Of a stretch of DNA of 64,000 nucleotides, positions 41,501-51,519 are shown one piece after another. Within the stretch, counting starts at the first letter, position 1, and each line of letters begins with the position of its first letter. Origin of the DNA: an uncultured Chloroflexia bacterium (lineage in GTDB: Bacteria > Chloroflexota > Dehalococcoidia > UBA2979); assembly GCA_963728205.1 (NCBI GenBank), contig CAVSIV010000006.1, positions 128,001 through 192,000 of the forward strand. Direction: 5' to 3'. Position numbers and translations under genes: made by a program. Under the pieces are notes generated by a model. It did no database searches. It saw only the letters and a list, made by a program, of their open reading frames with translations, and was not told the origin of the DNA.

Positions 41501-42145
41501 CGCACACGGCGCACGGTCCCCTCCGGGTCGACCGGCGTGAACAGCGACGTCAGCGAGGTGAGCTTGAGCGACACCTGCAGCTGCGCGACGCCGCCGGCCG
41601 TCACCTGCCCCGCCTCCGGCCGGCCGCCCAATTGCTCGAATCAGCCGCAGGTACGCCTCGACGTACGCGCGCGCCTCGGCCTCGCTCAGCACCGCCTCGC
41701 CGAGCAGGTCGAACGACGGGTGCCGCCCCGCCGCGGCCAGGGCGTCGAGCGTGCGTGCCACGGTCGCGTCGCCGGGCGGCGTGATGAAGCGCCGCGCGAA
41801 CACCTCCGCCGACCGCCGCGCCGTCTCGCCGACCACCGCCGCCGGCAGGCGGTCGTCGCGGCCGATGCGCAGCAGCCAGCGCAGCGCGCGCGGCAGGCCG
41901 GGGAAGTCGTCGCCGAAGTACTCCTGCGCGAGGCGCTTCGCCTCCTCGCCGCCGCGGTCGTAGTCGAGCGAGGCAAGGACGTCCATGTAGCGCAGCAGGC
42001 GCGTGCGGAAGCGGTCGTCCGCGACGGCGCGCGTGAGCAGCCAGTCCTCGATGCGCTCGGCGGCGCCGGGCCGGTACGCGCGCGCCGCGTCGAGCAGCAG
42101 CCGCCCGACGGCCTGGGTGCGCGCTTCCGTGTCGTCGTCCGCCAC
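38512..42145 (-). CDS. putA: Bifunctional proline dehydrogenase / P5C dehydrogenase (several frameshifts)
   Basis: FDLLGEA, VDMEQY, VQAYL, RLVKGAYWDYE, AYLVRRVLEN, PWNF, EMGGKN, QRCSA, GTGPKAGGPDYL spread over several frames. Confidence 0.88.
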
Positions 42146-42378
42146 GTGCCCTCCAGGGCGAGGATAGCGGCCGGCCCGAGGCGAGCAGGGCGGCGTCAGC
42201 CCCTGTTTCCGTCGAGCGCGCCGGTCCGGCATGCGCCGCCGCACCGCCGCCGCCGCGCGCAACGCGTCGTGCCGTCCTGCTGCCGCGTCGGCCCGCGCCG
42301 CCCGGAAACCGGGTGCTCACGCCACCGGCGCGCCGCGGGGCGCCTCGTACACTGACCACCGCACGGAAAGGACCCCTG

Positions 42379-43396
42379 ATGGAATATCGCAACCTCGGAC
42401 GCACCGGGGTGAAGGTCAGCCCCCTCTGCCTCGGCTGCATGATGTTCGGCGGCCGCACGACCCCGGACGACTCGTACGCGATCATCGACCGCGCGCTCGA
42501 CGCCGGCATCAACTTCATCGACACCGCCAACGTCTACAGCCGCGGCCGCAGCGAGGAGGCCGTCGGCGAGGCGCTCAAGCGCAACGGCAAGCGCGACCGC
42601 GTCGTCCTCGCCACGAAGGTCCACGGCCAGCATGGACGACGACGACCCGAACGCGCAGGGGCAATCAGCCGCCGCCACATCATCGAGCAGTGCGAGGCGA
42701 GCCTCACGCCGCCTGCAGACCGACTACATCGACCTCTACCAGCTCCACCGGCCCGATCCCGACATCGCCGATCGACGAGACGCTGCGGGCGCTCGACGAC
42801 CTCGTGCGCGCCGGCAAGGTCCGCTACATCGGCACGAGCACGTTCGCCGCGTGGCAGGTCGTGGAGGCGCTCTGGGTCGTCGAAGGAGCTCGGGCTGAAC
42901 CGCTTCGTCTGCGAGCAGCCGCCGTACAACCTGCTCGACCGGCGCATCGAGCGCGAGCTGCTGCCGATGGCGCAGACCTACGGCATGGCGACGATCCCGT
43001 GGAGCCCGCTCGCCGGCGGGCTGCTCACCGGCAAGTACCGCCGCGGCAACGCCGCCGCCCGAGGACAGCCGCTACGACGCGACGAGCAACCCCATGCGCC
43101 AGCGCCGCATGAACGAGCACGTCTTCGACGTCGTCGAGGCGCTGGAGCCGTCGGCGCAGGAGAAGGGCGCGACGCTGGCGCAGTTCGCGCTGGCGTGGGT
43201 GCTGCACCAGCCCGGCGTCACGAGCCCGATCATCGGCCCGCGCACGATGGAGCAGCTCGAGGACAACCTCGGCGCGCTCGAGGTGGAGATCACGGACGAG
43301 GACCGCGAGCGCATCGACCACGCGTCGGCGCCCGGCCGCACGATCGCGCCGTTCTACGAGGCGCCGTTCGGCCCGCACCCGCACCGCGTGCTGTAG
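42379..43396 (+). CDS. Aldo/keto reductase (multiple frameshifts)
   Basis: [58 protein letters not shown]. Confidence 0.88.
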
Positions 43397-43596
43397 CCAG
43401 GTCCGCGCGCCCAACGTGACCGGCGTCGAGCGGCACCAGGCAGGGTGCCGATCGCGCCCGACCGCGTCGCTCGCTCGCGCCCGTGCGATCGGCAGCCTGC
43501 CTGCTGCCGCTCGAACCACCATCGGGGTTGCCCGCCCCCGCGCCATCGCTCAGGCTGTAAGCCGGCGGGGCCGCCAGCGGCGGGTCGGGAGGCGGC

Positions 43597-44721
43597 ATGA
43601 GCGGCGTGACGCTCGACGGGCAGCAGGTGATCGACTGGCTCGTGGCGGCCGGCATCGCCGTCGCGACGCTGTTCGTCCTCGAGGTCGTCAAATGGGTCGC
43701 GCGCCGCTATGCGGACCGCAGCGACAACGACGGCAGCTGGCACGAGCTGCCCGCGATACTCGTCGGGCACGCGCAGAACTACGTCCTCGTCCTCACCGCC
43801 ATCTTCGCCGGCTCGTTCGCCATCAATCTGCACGACACCGTCGACCGCGCGATCCACGCGGTCGCGCTCGCGGCGATCCTGCTGCAGGTCGGCCTCTGGG
43901 CGAACGAGATCATCGCCTTCTCCGCGAACCGTTACCAGCAGCGCTCGCAGCACGACCCCGAGGGCGGCATCGCGCCGTCGACCGTGTACGCCGTGCGCTT
44001 CCTCGCCAACCTCGCGCTGTGGTCGCTGCTCGTCCTCGTCGCGCTCGACAACGTCGGCGTCCAGATCACGACGCTGGTCGCCGGCCTTGGCATCGGCGGC
44101 ATCGCCGTGGCGCTTGCCGCGCAGAGCGTGCTCGGCGACCTCTTCGCGTCGCTCGTGATCGTGCTCGACCGGCCGTTCGCCGTCGGCGACTTCATCATCC
44201 TCGGCGACTTCATGGGCTCCGTGGAGCGCATCGGCATCAAGACGACGCGCCTGCGCAGCATCTCCGGCGAGCAGCTGATCTTCGCCAACCACGACCTGGT
44301 GACGAGCCGCATCCGCAACTTCAAGCGGATGCTCGAGCGTCGCGTCGTGTTCCAGCTCGGGCTGACCTACGACACGACGGCCGCGCAGATGCAGCAGGCG
44401 GTGCAGCTGGTGCGCGACGCGATCGAGCGGCAGTCGACCGTCCGCTTCGACCGTGCGCACTTCGCGAGCTACGGCAACTTCTCGCTGAACATCGAGGCCG
44501 TGTATTACGTGATGAGTCCCGACTACCCCGTCTACATGGACACGCAGCAGGCCATCAACCTCGAGCTGCTGCAGAAGTTCGGCGAGGCCGGCCTCGAGTT
44601 CGCCTTCCCGACGCAGACGATCTACGTGTCCGGGGCCGGCGCGGCCGGTGGCGGCAACGGCTCGAGCGCGACCGCGGCGCCGATGATGCCGGCGCCCGCG
44701 CCCGGCGAGCCCGCGCGCTGA
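43597..44721 (+). CDS. MscS-family mechanosensitive channel
   Basis: LVAGLGIGGIAVALAAQ, DRPFAVGDFI, GIKTTRL, FAFPTQT. Confidence 0.93.
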   Translation: MSGVTLDGQQVIDWLVAAGIAVATLFVLEVVKWVARRYADRSDNDGSWHELPAILVGHAQNYVLVLTAIFAGSFAINLHDTVDRAIHAVALAAILLQVGLWANEIIAFSANRYQQRSQHDPEGGIAPSTVYAVRFLANLALWSLLVLVALDNVGVQITTLVAGLGIGGIAVALAAQSVLGDLFASLVIVLDRPFAVGDFIILGDFMGSVERIGIKTTRLRSISGEQLIFANHDLVTSRIRNFKRMLERRVVFQLGLTYDTTAAQMQQAVQLVRDAIERQSTVRFDRAHFASYGNFSLNIEAVYYVMSPDYPVYMDTQQAINLELLQKFGEAGLEFAFPTQTIYVSGAGAAGGGNGSSATAAPMMPAPAPGEPAR

Positions 44722-45974
44722 CCCGGCCCGCGCGCGCGGCGGCGGCGATCCGCGGATCGCTCGGCCGGCGGCGGGCGTTCTACGCGCTGCGCGACCCGCG
44801 CTTCCGGCGCGTCTGGCTCGCCAGCATCCTCAACGGCCTCGCGAACTGGATGGAGCGCCTGGTCGTCGGGTGGCTGGTGCTCGCCGAGACCGGGTCGATC
44901 TTCCTCGCCGCCCTCAGCTTCGCCGTGCGCGCCGCGCCCAATATCGTGCTGGGGCCCGTCGGCGGCGCCGTCGCCGACCGCTTCGACCGTCCGCGCGTGC
45001 TGCGCGACGTCGCCCTGGCGAAGGCCGCGCTCGAGCTCGTCATCGGTGTGGCGGTGATCGCCGGCGTGACATCCGCCTGGCCGGTCCTCGTCCTGGTCGC
45101 TGCGATCGGCGCCGTCCGCACGAGCGAGGTCCCCGCGACCCAGGCGCTGATCACCGACATCGTCGGGCCGGCACGCGCGGCGAACGCGATCGGGCTGAAC
45201 GCGCTGGGCGTGCGCGCCGTCGGCGTGGCCGGCGCCTTCGCCGGCGGGGTGATGATCGAGTGGATCGGCGCCGGCCCGGTGTTCGTGGTCGCCGCCGCCG
45301 CGCTCGTGCTCGCGGCCGTGGTCTACGCGACGGTCCGCGTGCCGCGCGAGCGCGCGTCGACCGTGGCGGGGGCCGCCGGTTCGCTCTGGGGCGACGCCGT
45401 CGACGGCCTGCGCGTGACGCTGCGCATCCCCGTCGTGACGACGCTGCTGCTGCTCGCCGTCGGCGTCGAGGTGTTCGCGTTCTCCTACCAGTCGCTGCTC
45501 CCCGCCGTCGCCGACCGCGTCCTGCACGTCGACGCCGCCGGGCTCGGAGCGCTCACGCTCTGTGCCGGCCTGGGCGCCATCGTCGGGACGGGCGCCGTCT
45601 CCGTGCTCGGCGACGCGACGCGGCGCGGCCCGCTGCTCCTCGGCGCGACGCTCGTCTTCGGCGTCTGCCTGGTCGGGTTCGGCGCCTCGCACCTGTTCCC
45701 GCTGTCGCTGCTGCTCGTGGCCGGCATCGGCGCCATGGCCGCGACGTTCGACGCGCTGCAGTGGGTGCTGCTGCAGGCGAGCGTGCCCGACGAGATGCGC
45801 GGCCGCGTGATCGGCGGCTGGATGTCCGCGATCGGCTTCGGGTGGATCGGCCCGATCCTGCTCGGGGCGCTCGCGCAGGCGGCCGGCACGCAGTGGGCGC
45901 TCGCCGCCGCCGGCGCGCTCGTGATCGCGCTCGCGTTCGTGGGATCGGCGTCCCGCGGGCTGCGTCAGCTGTAG
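44718..45974 (+). CDS. MFS transporter (start uncertain)
   Basis: ALRDPRFRRVW, GGAVADRFDR, about 12 TMs, PDEMRGRV; no ATG/GTG before TM1, possible CTG overlapping the previous TGA. Confidence 0.82.
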   Translation: MTRPARAAAAIRGSLGRRRAFYALRDPRFRRVWLASILNGLANWMERLVVGWLVLAETGSIFLAALSFAVRAAPNIVLGPVGGAVADRFDRPRVLRDVALAKAALELVIGVAVIAGVTSAWPVLVLVAAIGAVRTSEVPATQALITDIVGPARAANAIGLNALGVRAVGVAGAFAGGVMIEWIGAGPVFVVAAAALVLAAVVYATVRVPRERASTVAGAAGSLWGDAVDGLRVTLRIPVVTTLLLLAVGVEVFAFSYQSLLPAVADRVLHVDAAGLGALTLCAGLGAIVGTGAVSVLGDATRRGPLLLGATLVFGVCLVGFGASHLFPLSLLLVAGIGAMAATFDALQWVLLQASVPDEMRGRVIGGWMSAIGFGWIGPILLGALAQAAGTQWALAAAGALVIALAFVGSASRGLRQL

Positions 45975-46191
45975 GCGCGCCACCGCCCCGCGCCCGCCGC
46001 CCGGACCGCAGCGCAGCGCGCCGCCCGCAGCGGCGGCGGATACGCCGCCGACAGACCGCGGGCGCCCGCCTGCGACCGCGCCCCGCGGCCCGCGCTCCGC
46101 GCCTGGTTCGCGGTCGCCTCCCGCGCCGACGCCGCCCTACGATCGACCGCCGCCGGCGCTGCGCCAGCCGCCCACCCCGAAGGAGCCACGC

Positions 46192-47145
46192 GTGCCTCGC
46201 CTCTACCCGCCCATCGAGCCGCACGCGCACGGGATGCTCGACGTCGGCGACGGCCACTCCCTCTACTGGGAGGTCTGCGGCAACCCGGCCGGCAAGCCCG
46301 CACTCGTCCTCCACGGCGGCCCGGGCTCGGGCTGCACCCCCGGCGCACGCCGCTACTTCGATCCCGCCGTCTACCGCGTCGTCCTCTTCGATCAGCGCAA
46401 CTGCGGCCGCAGCCTGCCGCATGCCAGCGACCCCGTCGTGGACCTCGCCACCAACACCACCGCGCACCTGCTGGAGGACATCGAGCGGCTGCGGCGCCAC
46501 CTCGCCATCGACCGCTGGCTCGTCTTCGGCGGCTCATGGGGCGCGGCGCTCGCGCTCGCGTACGCCGAGCGACACCCGGCGCGCGTGTCGGAGCTCGTGC
46601 TCACGGGCGTCGCGACCGGCCGCCGCGCGGAGACCGAGCTGCTGACGCGCGGCCTCGGCCGCCTCTTCCCCGACGCGTGGACCCGCTTCGTCGCCGGCGT
46701 CCCCGAGAGCGAGCGCGACGGCGATCTTGCCGCCGCCTACGCGCGGCGGCTGCGCGAGCCGGACCCCGCCGCGCGCGACCAAGCCGCGCGCGACTGGTGC
46801 GACTGGGAGACCGCGATGCTCCCGACCTCGCCGCCGCTCGCGCGTTACGAGAGCCCGCAGTTCCGGATGGCGTTCGCGCGCATCGTCACGCACTACTGGA
46901 GCCACGGGTCGTGGCTCGACGAGGGCGCCGTGCTCCGCGACGCGGGTGCGGTCGCGGGCATCCCCGGCGTGATGGTCCAGGGCGTGCTCGACCTCGGCAA
47001 CCTGCTCGGCACGGCCTGGATGCTGGCGCGGGCCTGGCCGGCCGGCGAGCTCGTGCTGGTGGACGACGCCGGCCACAACTCGAGCGACACGGGGATCGCC
47101 TCGGCGCTGGTCGCTGCGACGGACCGCTTCGGGGCGCGCCGGTAG
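46192..47145 (+). CDS. pip: Proline iminopeptidase
   Basis: LYPPIEP, HGGPGSG, FDQRNCGRSLP, GGSWG, AGH. Confidence 0.93.
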   Translation: MPRLYPPIEPHAHGMLDVGDGHSLYWEVCGNPAGKPALVLHGGPGSGCTPGARRYFDPAVYRVVLFDQRNCGRSLPHASDPVVDLATNTTAHLLEDIERLRRHLAIDRWLVFGGSWGAALALAYAERHPARVSELVLTGVATGRRAETELLTRGLGRLFPDAWTRFVAGVPESERDGDLAAAYARRLREPDPAARDQAARDWCDWETAMLPTSPPLARYESPQFRMAFARIVTHYWSHGSWLDEGAVLRDAGAVAGIPGVMVQGVLDLGNLLGTAWMLARAWPAGELVLVDDAGHNSSDTGIASALVAATDRFGARR

Positions 47146-47199
47146 GCGCGTCCGCCGCAGCAGGGCCGCCGACGCCGCCCCCTCCCCCACGCACCGACC

Positions 47200-47950
47200 G
47201 CGAGCGCGGCGAAGCGCTGCCTCTGCACCGATCGCGCGCCGACGGAGCCGCGCCCGGCGTCAGCCGACGCGGCGGAGGAGGTCCAGCCCGCGGCGGCGGC
47301 AGCCGTCGCGGGCGCGAGCGCGGCAACTCACTGCCCGGCGTCAGCCGACGCGGCGGAGGAGGTCTAGCCCATGGCGGCCTTCAGCCGCCATGGGCGCGAG
47401 CGCGGCAAAGCGCTGCCTCTGCACCGACCGCGCGCCGACGGAGCCGTGCCCGGCGCCAGCCGACGCGGCGGAGGAGGTCTAGCCCGCGGCGGCGGCAGCC
47501 GTCGCGGGCGCGAGCGCGGCGAAGCGCTGCCTCTGCACCGACCGCGCGCCGACGGAGCCGCGCCCGGCGTCAGCCGACGCGGCGGAGGAGGTCCAGCCCG
47601 CGGCGGCGGCAGCCGTCGCGGGCGCGAGCGCGGCGAAGCGCTACCTCTGCACCGACCGCGCGCCGACGGAGCCGCGCCCGGCGCCAGCCGACGCGGCGGA
47701 GGAGGTCCAGCCCGCGGCGGCGGCAGCCGTCGCGGGCGCGAGCGCGGCAACTCACTGCCCGGCGTCAGCCGACGCGGCGGAGGAGGTCTAGCCCATGGCG
47801 GCCTTCAGCCGCCATGGGCGCGAGCGCGGCAAAGCGCTGCCTCTGCACCGACCGCGCGCCGACGGAGCCGCGCCCGGCGCCAGCCGACGCGGCGGAGGAG
47901 GTCTAGCCCGCGGCGGCGGCAGCCGTCGCGGGCGCGAGCGCGGCGAAACT
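47200..47950. repeat. Tandem array of 114-bp (A) and 82-bp (B) hairpin-bearing units
   Basis: GCGAGCGCGGC unit starts at 47200, 47314, 47396, 47510, 47624, 47738, 47820, 47934 (A-B-A-A-A-B-A-partial). Confidence 0.92.
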
Positions 47951-47960
47951 CAGCGCGCGG

Positions 47961-48410
47961 CTAGATCGGTCCGTGCACGCGTCGGCGCTCGTCGCGCGGC
48001 TGCTCGGCCACGAAGCGCTCGATGCGGTCTTGGGGAAACTCGTCGCGCGTGGTCGCCAGCAGGCGGCGCGTCCACACCGATGGCAGCCGGCGCAGCTCGG
48101 GGAACTCGCGACGCAGGATGCCGGCGGAGTAGCGCTTCAGCCGCTCCGCGATCGTCGCCGGCGCCAGGTGCGGCGGCGCGTCCACCGTCACCACCACGTA
48201 GTCCTCGCCGCTGCGCACGTGCACGACGCGCGCACCGATGCCGCGTGCCGCCTCCGCGAACAGCTCCTCGGCGCGCTCGAGCAGCGCGCCATGCAGGAAG
48301 CGCTTGCGACGGCGCGTCGGCCAGACGAGGTAGTAGCGCAGGTCGCCGACCGCGTCCGTCTCATAGACGGAGCGGTCCGTGAACGGAACGTCACCGGCGG
48401 GGTCGGACAT
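47961..48410 (-). CDS. IS200/IS605 TnpA (Y1)-like protein lacking catalytic residues
   Basis: YYLVWPTRRRK, EDYVV (usually DHVH), PPHLAP, LKRYS..LRREFPEL, VWTR, IERFVAEQ (usually I..YI..Q). Confidence 0.8.
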   Translation of the reverse strand: MSDPAGDVPFTDRSVYETDAVGDLRYYLVWPTRRRKRFLHGALLERAEELFAEAARGIGARVVHVRSGEDYVVVTVDAPPHLAPATIAERLKRYSAGILRREFPELRRLPSVWTRRLLATTRDEFPQDRIERFVAEQPRDERRRVHGPI

Positions 48411-48416
48411 CGCTCC

Positions 48417-50578
48417 CTATCCCTGGCGCGCCCTGGGCTTCCGCGGCGGCCGCTCGGCGCGCACCGGCGGCGTCTTTGATTGCTGCAGCTCCAGCAAATC
48501 ACCAATCGGGATGTGGCAATAGATCTCGTGATCGGGGGCGTTCGGCCCCACCTGGCGCGGCGGGGGCTGCTCGTCGCAGATCGCGCCCAGGTAGCGCGGG
48601 CAGCGGTCGGCGAAGAAGCAGCCGGTGAAGGCCTCGCGCAGGGTCGGCACCGCGCCCTCCAGCCGGATCGGCGAGTGCTCGGCGTCCGGGTCGGGCACCG
48701 GTGCGGCCGAGAGCAGCGCCTCCGTATACGGCGCGTACGGCGGGCGCAGCAGCGCCTCCGTCGGCCCGGACTCGGCGACGTGGCCCGCATACAGCACGAG
48801 GATGTGGTCGGACACGTAGCGGACCACGCCGAGGTCGTGCGTGATGAAGAGGTACGACGTCCCGTGCTCGCGCTGGTGCTCGGCGAGCAGGTTCAGCACC
48901 TGCGCCTGCACGGAGACGTCGAGCGCGGAGACGGCCTCGTCGGCGATCACCAGGTCGGGGCTTGCGGCGAACGCCGTCGCCAGCGCGACGCGCTGCTGCT
49001 GCCCCCGCTCAGCTCCGTCGGCAGCCGGTCGAGGTACGACGGGTCGAGCCCCACCGACTCCAGCAGCGCACCCGCCCGCTCGCGCGCGTCTTCCGAGCCT
49101 ATCCCGGTGAGCTTCTTCAGCGACCGGATCAGCGCGTGCCGGATCGGGAGCTTCGGGTTGAGCGACGCCGTCGGGTTCTGGAACACCATGCGGATCGCCG
49201 CGCGCTGCTCCCACGAGCGGTCGGCGACGTCCGGCGCCAGGTCCTCGCCGCGCAGCCGCACCGCGCCGCGGTTGCGCCGCTCCAGGCCGACCACCGCCCG
49301 CGCCGTGGTCGACTTCCCCGAGCCGCTCTCGCCGACGATCCCCAGCGTGCGCCCCTGCGGCACGTCGAAGTCAATATCGACGACGGCGCGCACCGGTCGC
49401 CGCGTGGGTGGCCCCCAGAAGACGAACCGCTTGGTCCGCCCGCCGTAGAACTGCCGCAGCCCGCGCACCTCGAGCACCGGCTCCGGTGCCTCCGCGGTCT
49501 CGCGCCGCGGCCGGGGCTCGGGCCGGCCCCAGATGTCCGGGCTCACCTCGTCGGCGAAGAAGCACCGCGCGTCGTGGCCCGGCTCCGTGTAGACGTCGAT
49601 CGCCGGGTGCGACGACTCGCACTCCTCGCGCGCCAGCGGGCAGCGCGTCGCGAACAGGCAGCGGTCGCCGGCCGCCTCCGATGCCTCGTACACGCTGCCG
49701 GGGATGCTGCGCAGCTTCGGCACGATCCCGGTGCCCGTCACGGGCGCCGGCACGCAGGTCAGCAGCCCCTGCGTGTACGGGTGACGCGGCTGCCGAAACA
49801 GGTCGCGCACGCCCGCGGTCTCCACCGTCTCGCCGGCGTACATCACCACGACGCGATCCGCGACGCGCGCAATCACCCCGAGGTTGTGGCTGACGAAGAG
49901 AATGCCCGCGTTCACGCGCTCCTTCAGCTCGGAGACGAGGTCGAGGATCGTCGCCTCGGTGGTGACGTCGAGCCCGGTCGTCGGCTCGTCCATGATCAGC
50001 AGGTCGGGGTCGCACGCCAGCGCCATCGCGATCACGACGCGCTGCTGCTGGCCGCCGCTCAGCTCGTGCGGAAAGCGCCGGCCGATCCGCTCCGGCGTCG
50101 GAAGGCCCACGCTCGCGAACAGCTCCGCCGCGCGCGCCTGCGCTTCCGACTTGCTCCGGTCCAGGTGCATCTGCACCGCCTCGGCAAGCTGGTCGCCGAC
50201 GCGCATCGTCGGGTTCAGCGACGTCACCGGGTCCTGGTAGACCATCGCCATGCGGTTGCCGCGCAGCGTCCGCAGCTCCGATTCCGAGAGCGCCGTGAGG
50301 TCGCGCCCCTCGAACTCGATCGTCCCCTGCACCTCGGCGGTGCCGGGGAGGTAGCCCATCATCGCGTAGGCGACGGTGGACTTGCCGCAGCCCGACTCGC
50401 CGACGAGGCCGAGCACCTCGCCGCGGCGGACCTGCAGCGTCGCCTCGCGCACGGCCTGCACGGTGCCGCGGGGCGTGTAGAAGGTCACGGACATGTTGCG
50501 GACGTCCAGCAGCGGCGCATCGGACGCTGGGGGCGTGGCGACGCCGGTCTGGCCGGACTCGGGTGCGGTAGTGGTCAT
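48417..50578 (-). CDS. Fused DppD/DppF-type ABC ATPase (frameshift near 49003)
   Basis: Two GESG.GKST motifs, [17 protein letters not shown]; second signature broken in a G run. Confidence 0.9.
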
Positions 50579-51519
50579 GGCTGTGGCTCGCTGTTCGGGA
50601 GTGCATGGGCCTGGCGGATGCCGTCGGCCAGCAGGTTGACGCCGATCACCAGCGACGACACCGCCGCCGCCGGGACCAGCGCCACGAGCGGCGCGACGCT
50701 GACGAAGTTGCGGCTCTCGCTGATCATGCGTCCCCAGTCCGGCGACGGCGGTTGCACGCCGAGCCCGAGGAATCCGAGGGACGCGGCCAGCAGGATCGCG
50801 TAGCTGAAGCGGACCGACGCCTCGACGCCGAGCACCGGCACCGCGTTCGGCAGGATCTCGCGGAACACGATGTACCAGCCCGGCTCGCCACGCAGCCGCG
50901 CGTTCTGCACGAACTCCTTCGTCTTGATGTCGAGCACAGCGCCGCGCATCACGCGCGCCACGCGCGGCATGAACACGACGCCGATCGTGATCACGATGTT
51001 GGTGCGGCTCGGGCCGAGCGTGCTGATCACGAGCAGCGCCAGCAGCAGCCCCGGGAACGACATCAGGCCGTCCATGATCCGCATCACGACCTCGTCGGTG
51101 CGGCCGCCCTTGTAGCCGCTGCTCATCCCGACGAGCGTGCCGCTCGCGATGCCGAGCAGCGTGCCGAGCAGCGATACGGCGATGATGGACGACGCGCCGG
51201 ACATCACGCGGCTGAGCAGGTCGCGCCCGTACTGATCGGTGCCCAGCAGGTACTGCGTCGTCGGGCCGCTGAAGCGCAGGATCTTGCCGGCGGCCGTGCG
51301 CTGGAAGGCGTCGGGCGAGTAGGGCGCGAGCGCCGGGCCGAAGACCGCGAGCACGAGGTGGAGCGTGACGAGCGCCAGGCCGATGCGGCCGGCGTTCGTG
51401 CGCAGCGCGAAGCCGATCTCGCGGCGCAGCACGCGGCCGGCGGTGGCGACGGCCCGCGCCGCGCGTGCGAGCGGCGAAGGGATCGCGGTGCCGATGGCGG
51501 GAGCAGGTGGGGTGGTCAT
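50575..51519 (-). CDS. DppC/OppC-type ABC permease
   Basis: LLGTDQYGRDLLSR, EFVQNARLRG, LGFLGLGVQPPSPDWG. Confidence 0.93.
   Translation of the reverse strand: MTTPPAPAIGTAIPSPLARAARAVATAGRVLRREIGFALRTNAGRIGLALVTLHLVLAVFGPALAPYSPDAFQRTAAGKILRFSGPTTQYLLGTDQYGRDLLSRVMSGASSIIAVSLLGTLLGIASGTLVGMSSGYKGGRTDEVVMRIMDGLMSFPGLLLALLVISTLGPSRTNIVITIGVVFMPRVARVMRGAVLDIKTKEFVQNARLRGEPGWYIVFREILPNAVPVLGVEASVRFSYAILLAASLGFLGLGVQPPSPDWGRMISESRNFVSVAPLVALVPAAAVSSLVIGVNLLADGIRQAHALPNSEPQP

Noticed and set aside
47200-47950. CRISPR array
   Set aside because: No unique spacers (units are near-identical over their whole length) and no cas genes in the window.
47961-48410. Active IS200/IS605 element
   Set aside because: HuH and catalytic Tyr are missing, there is no tnpB and no room for a left end.
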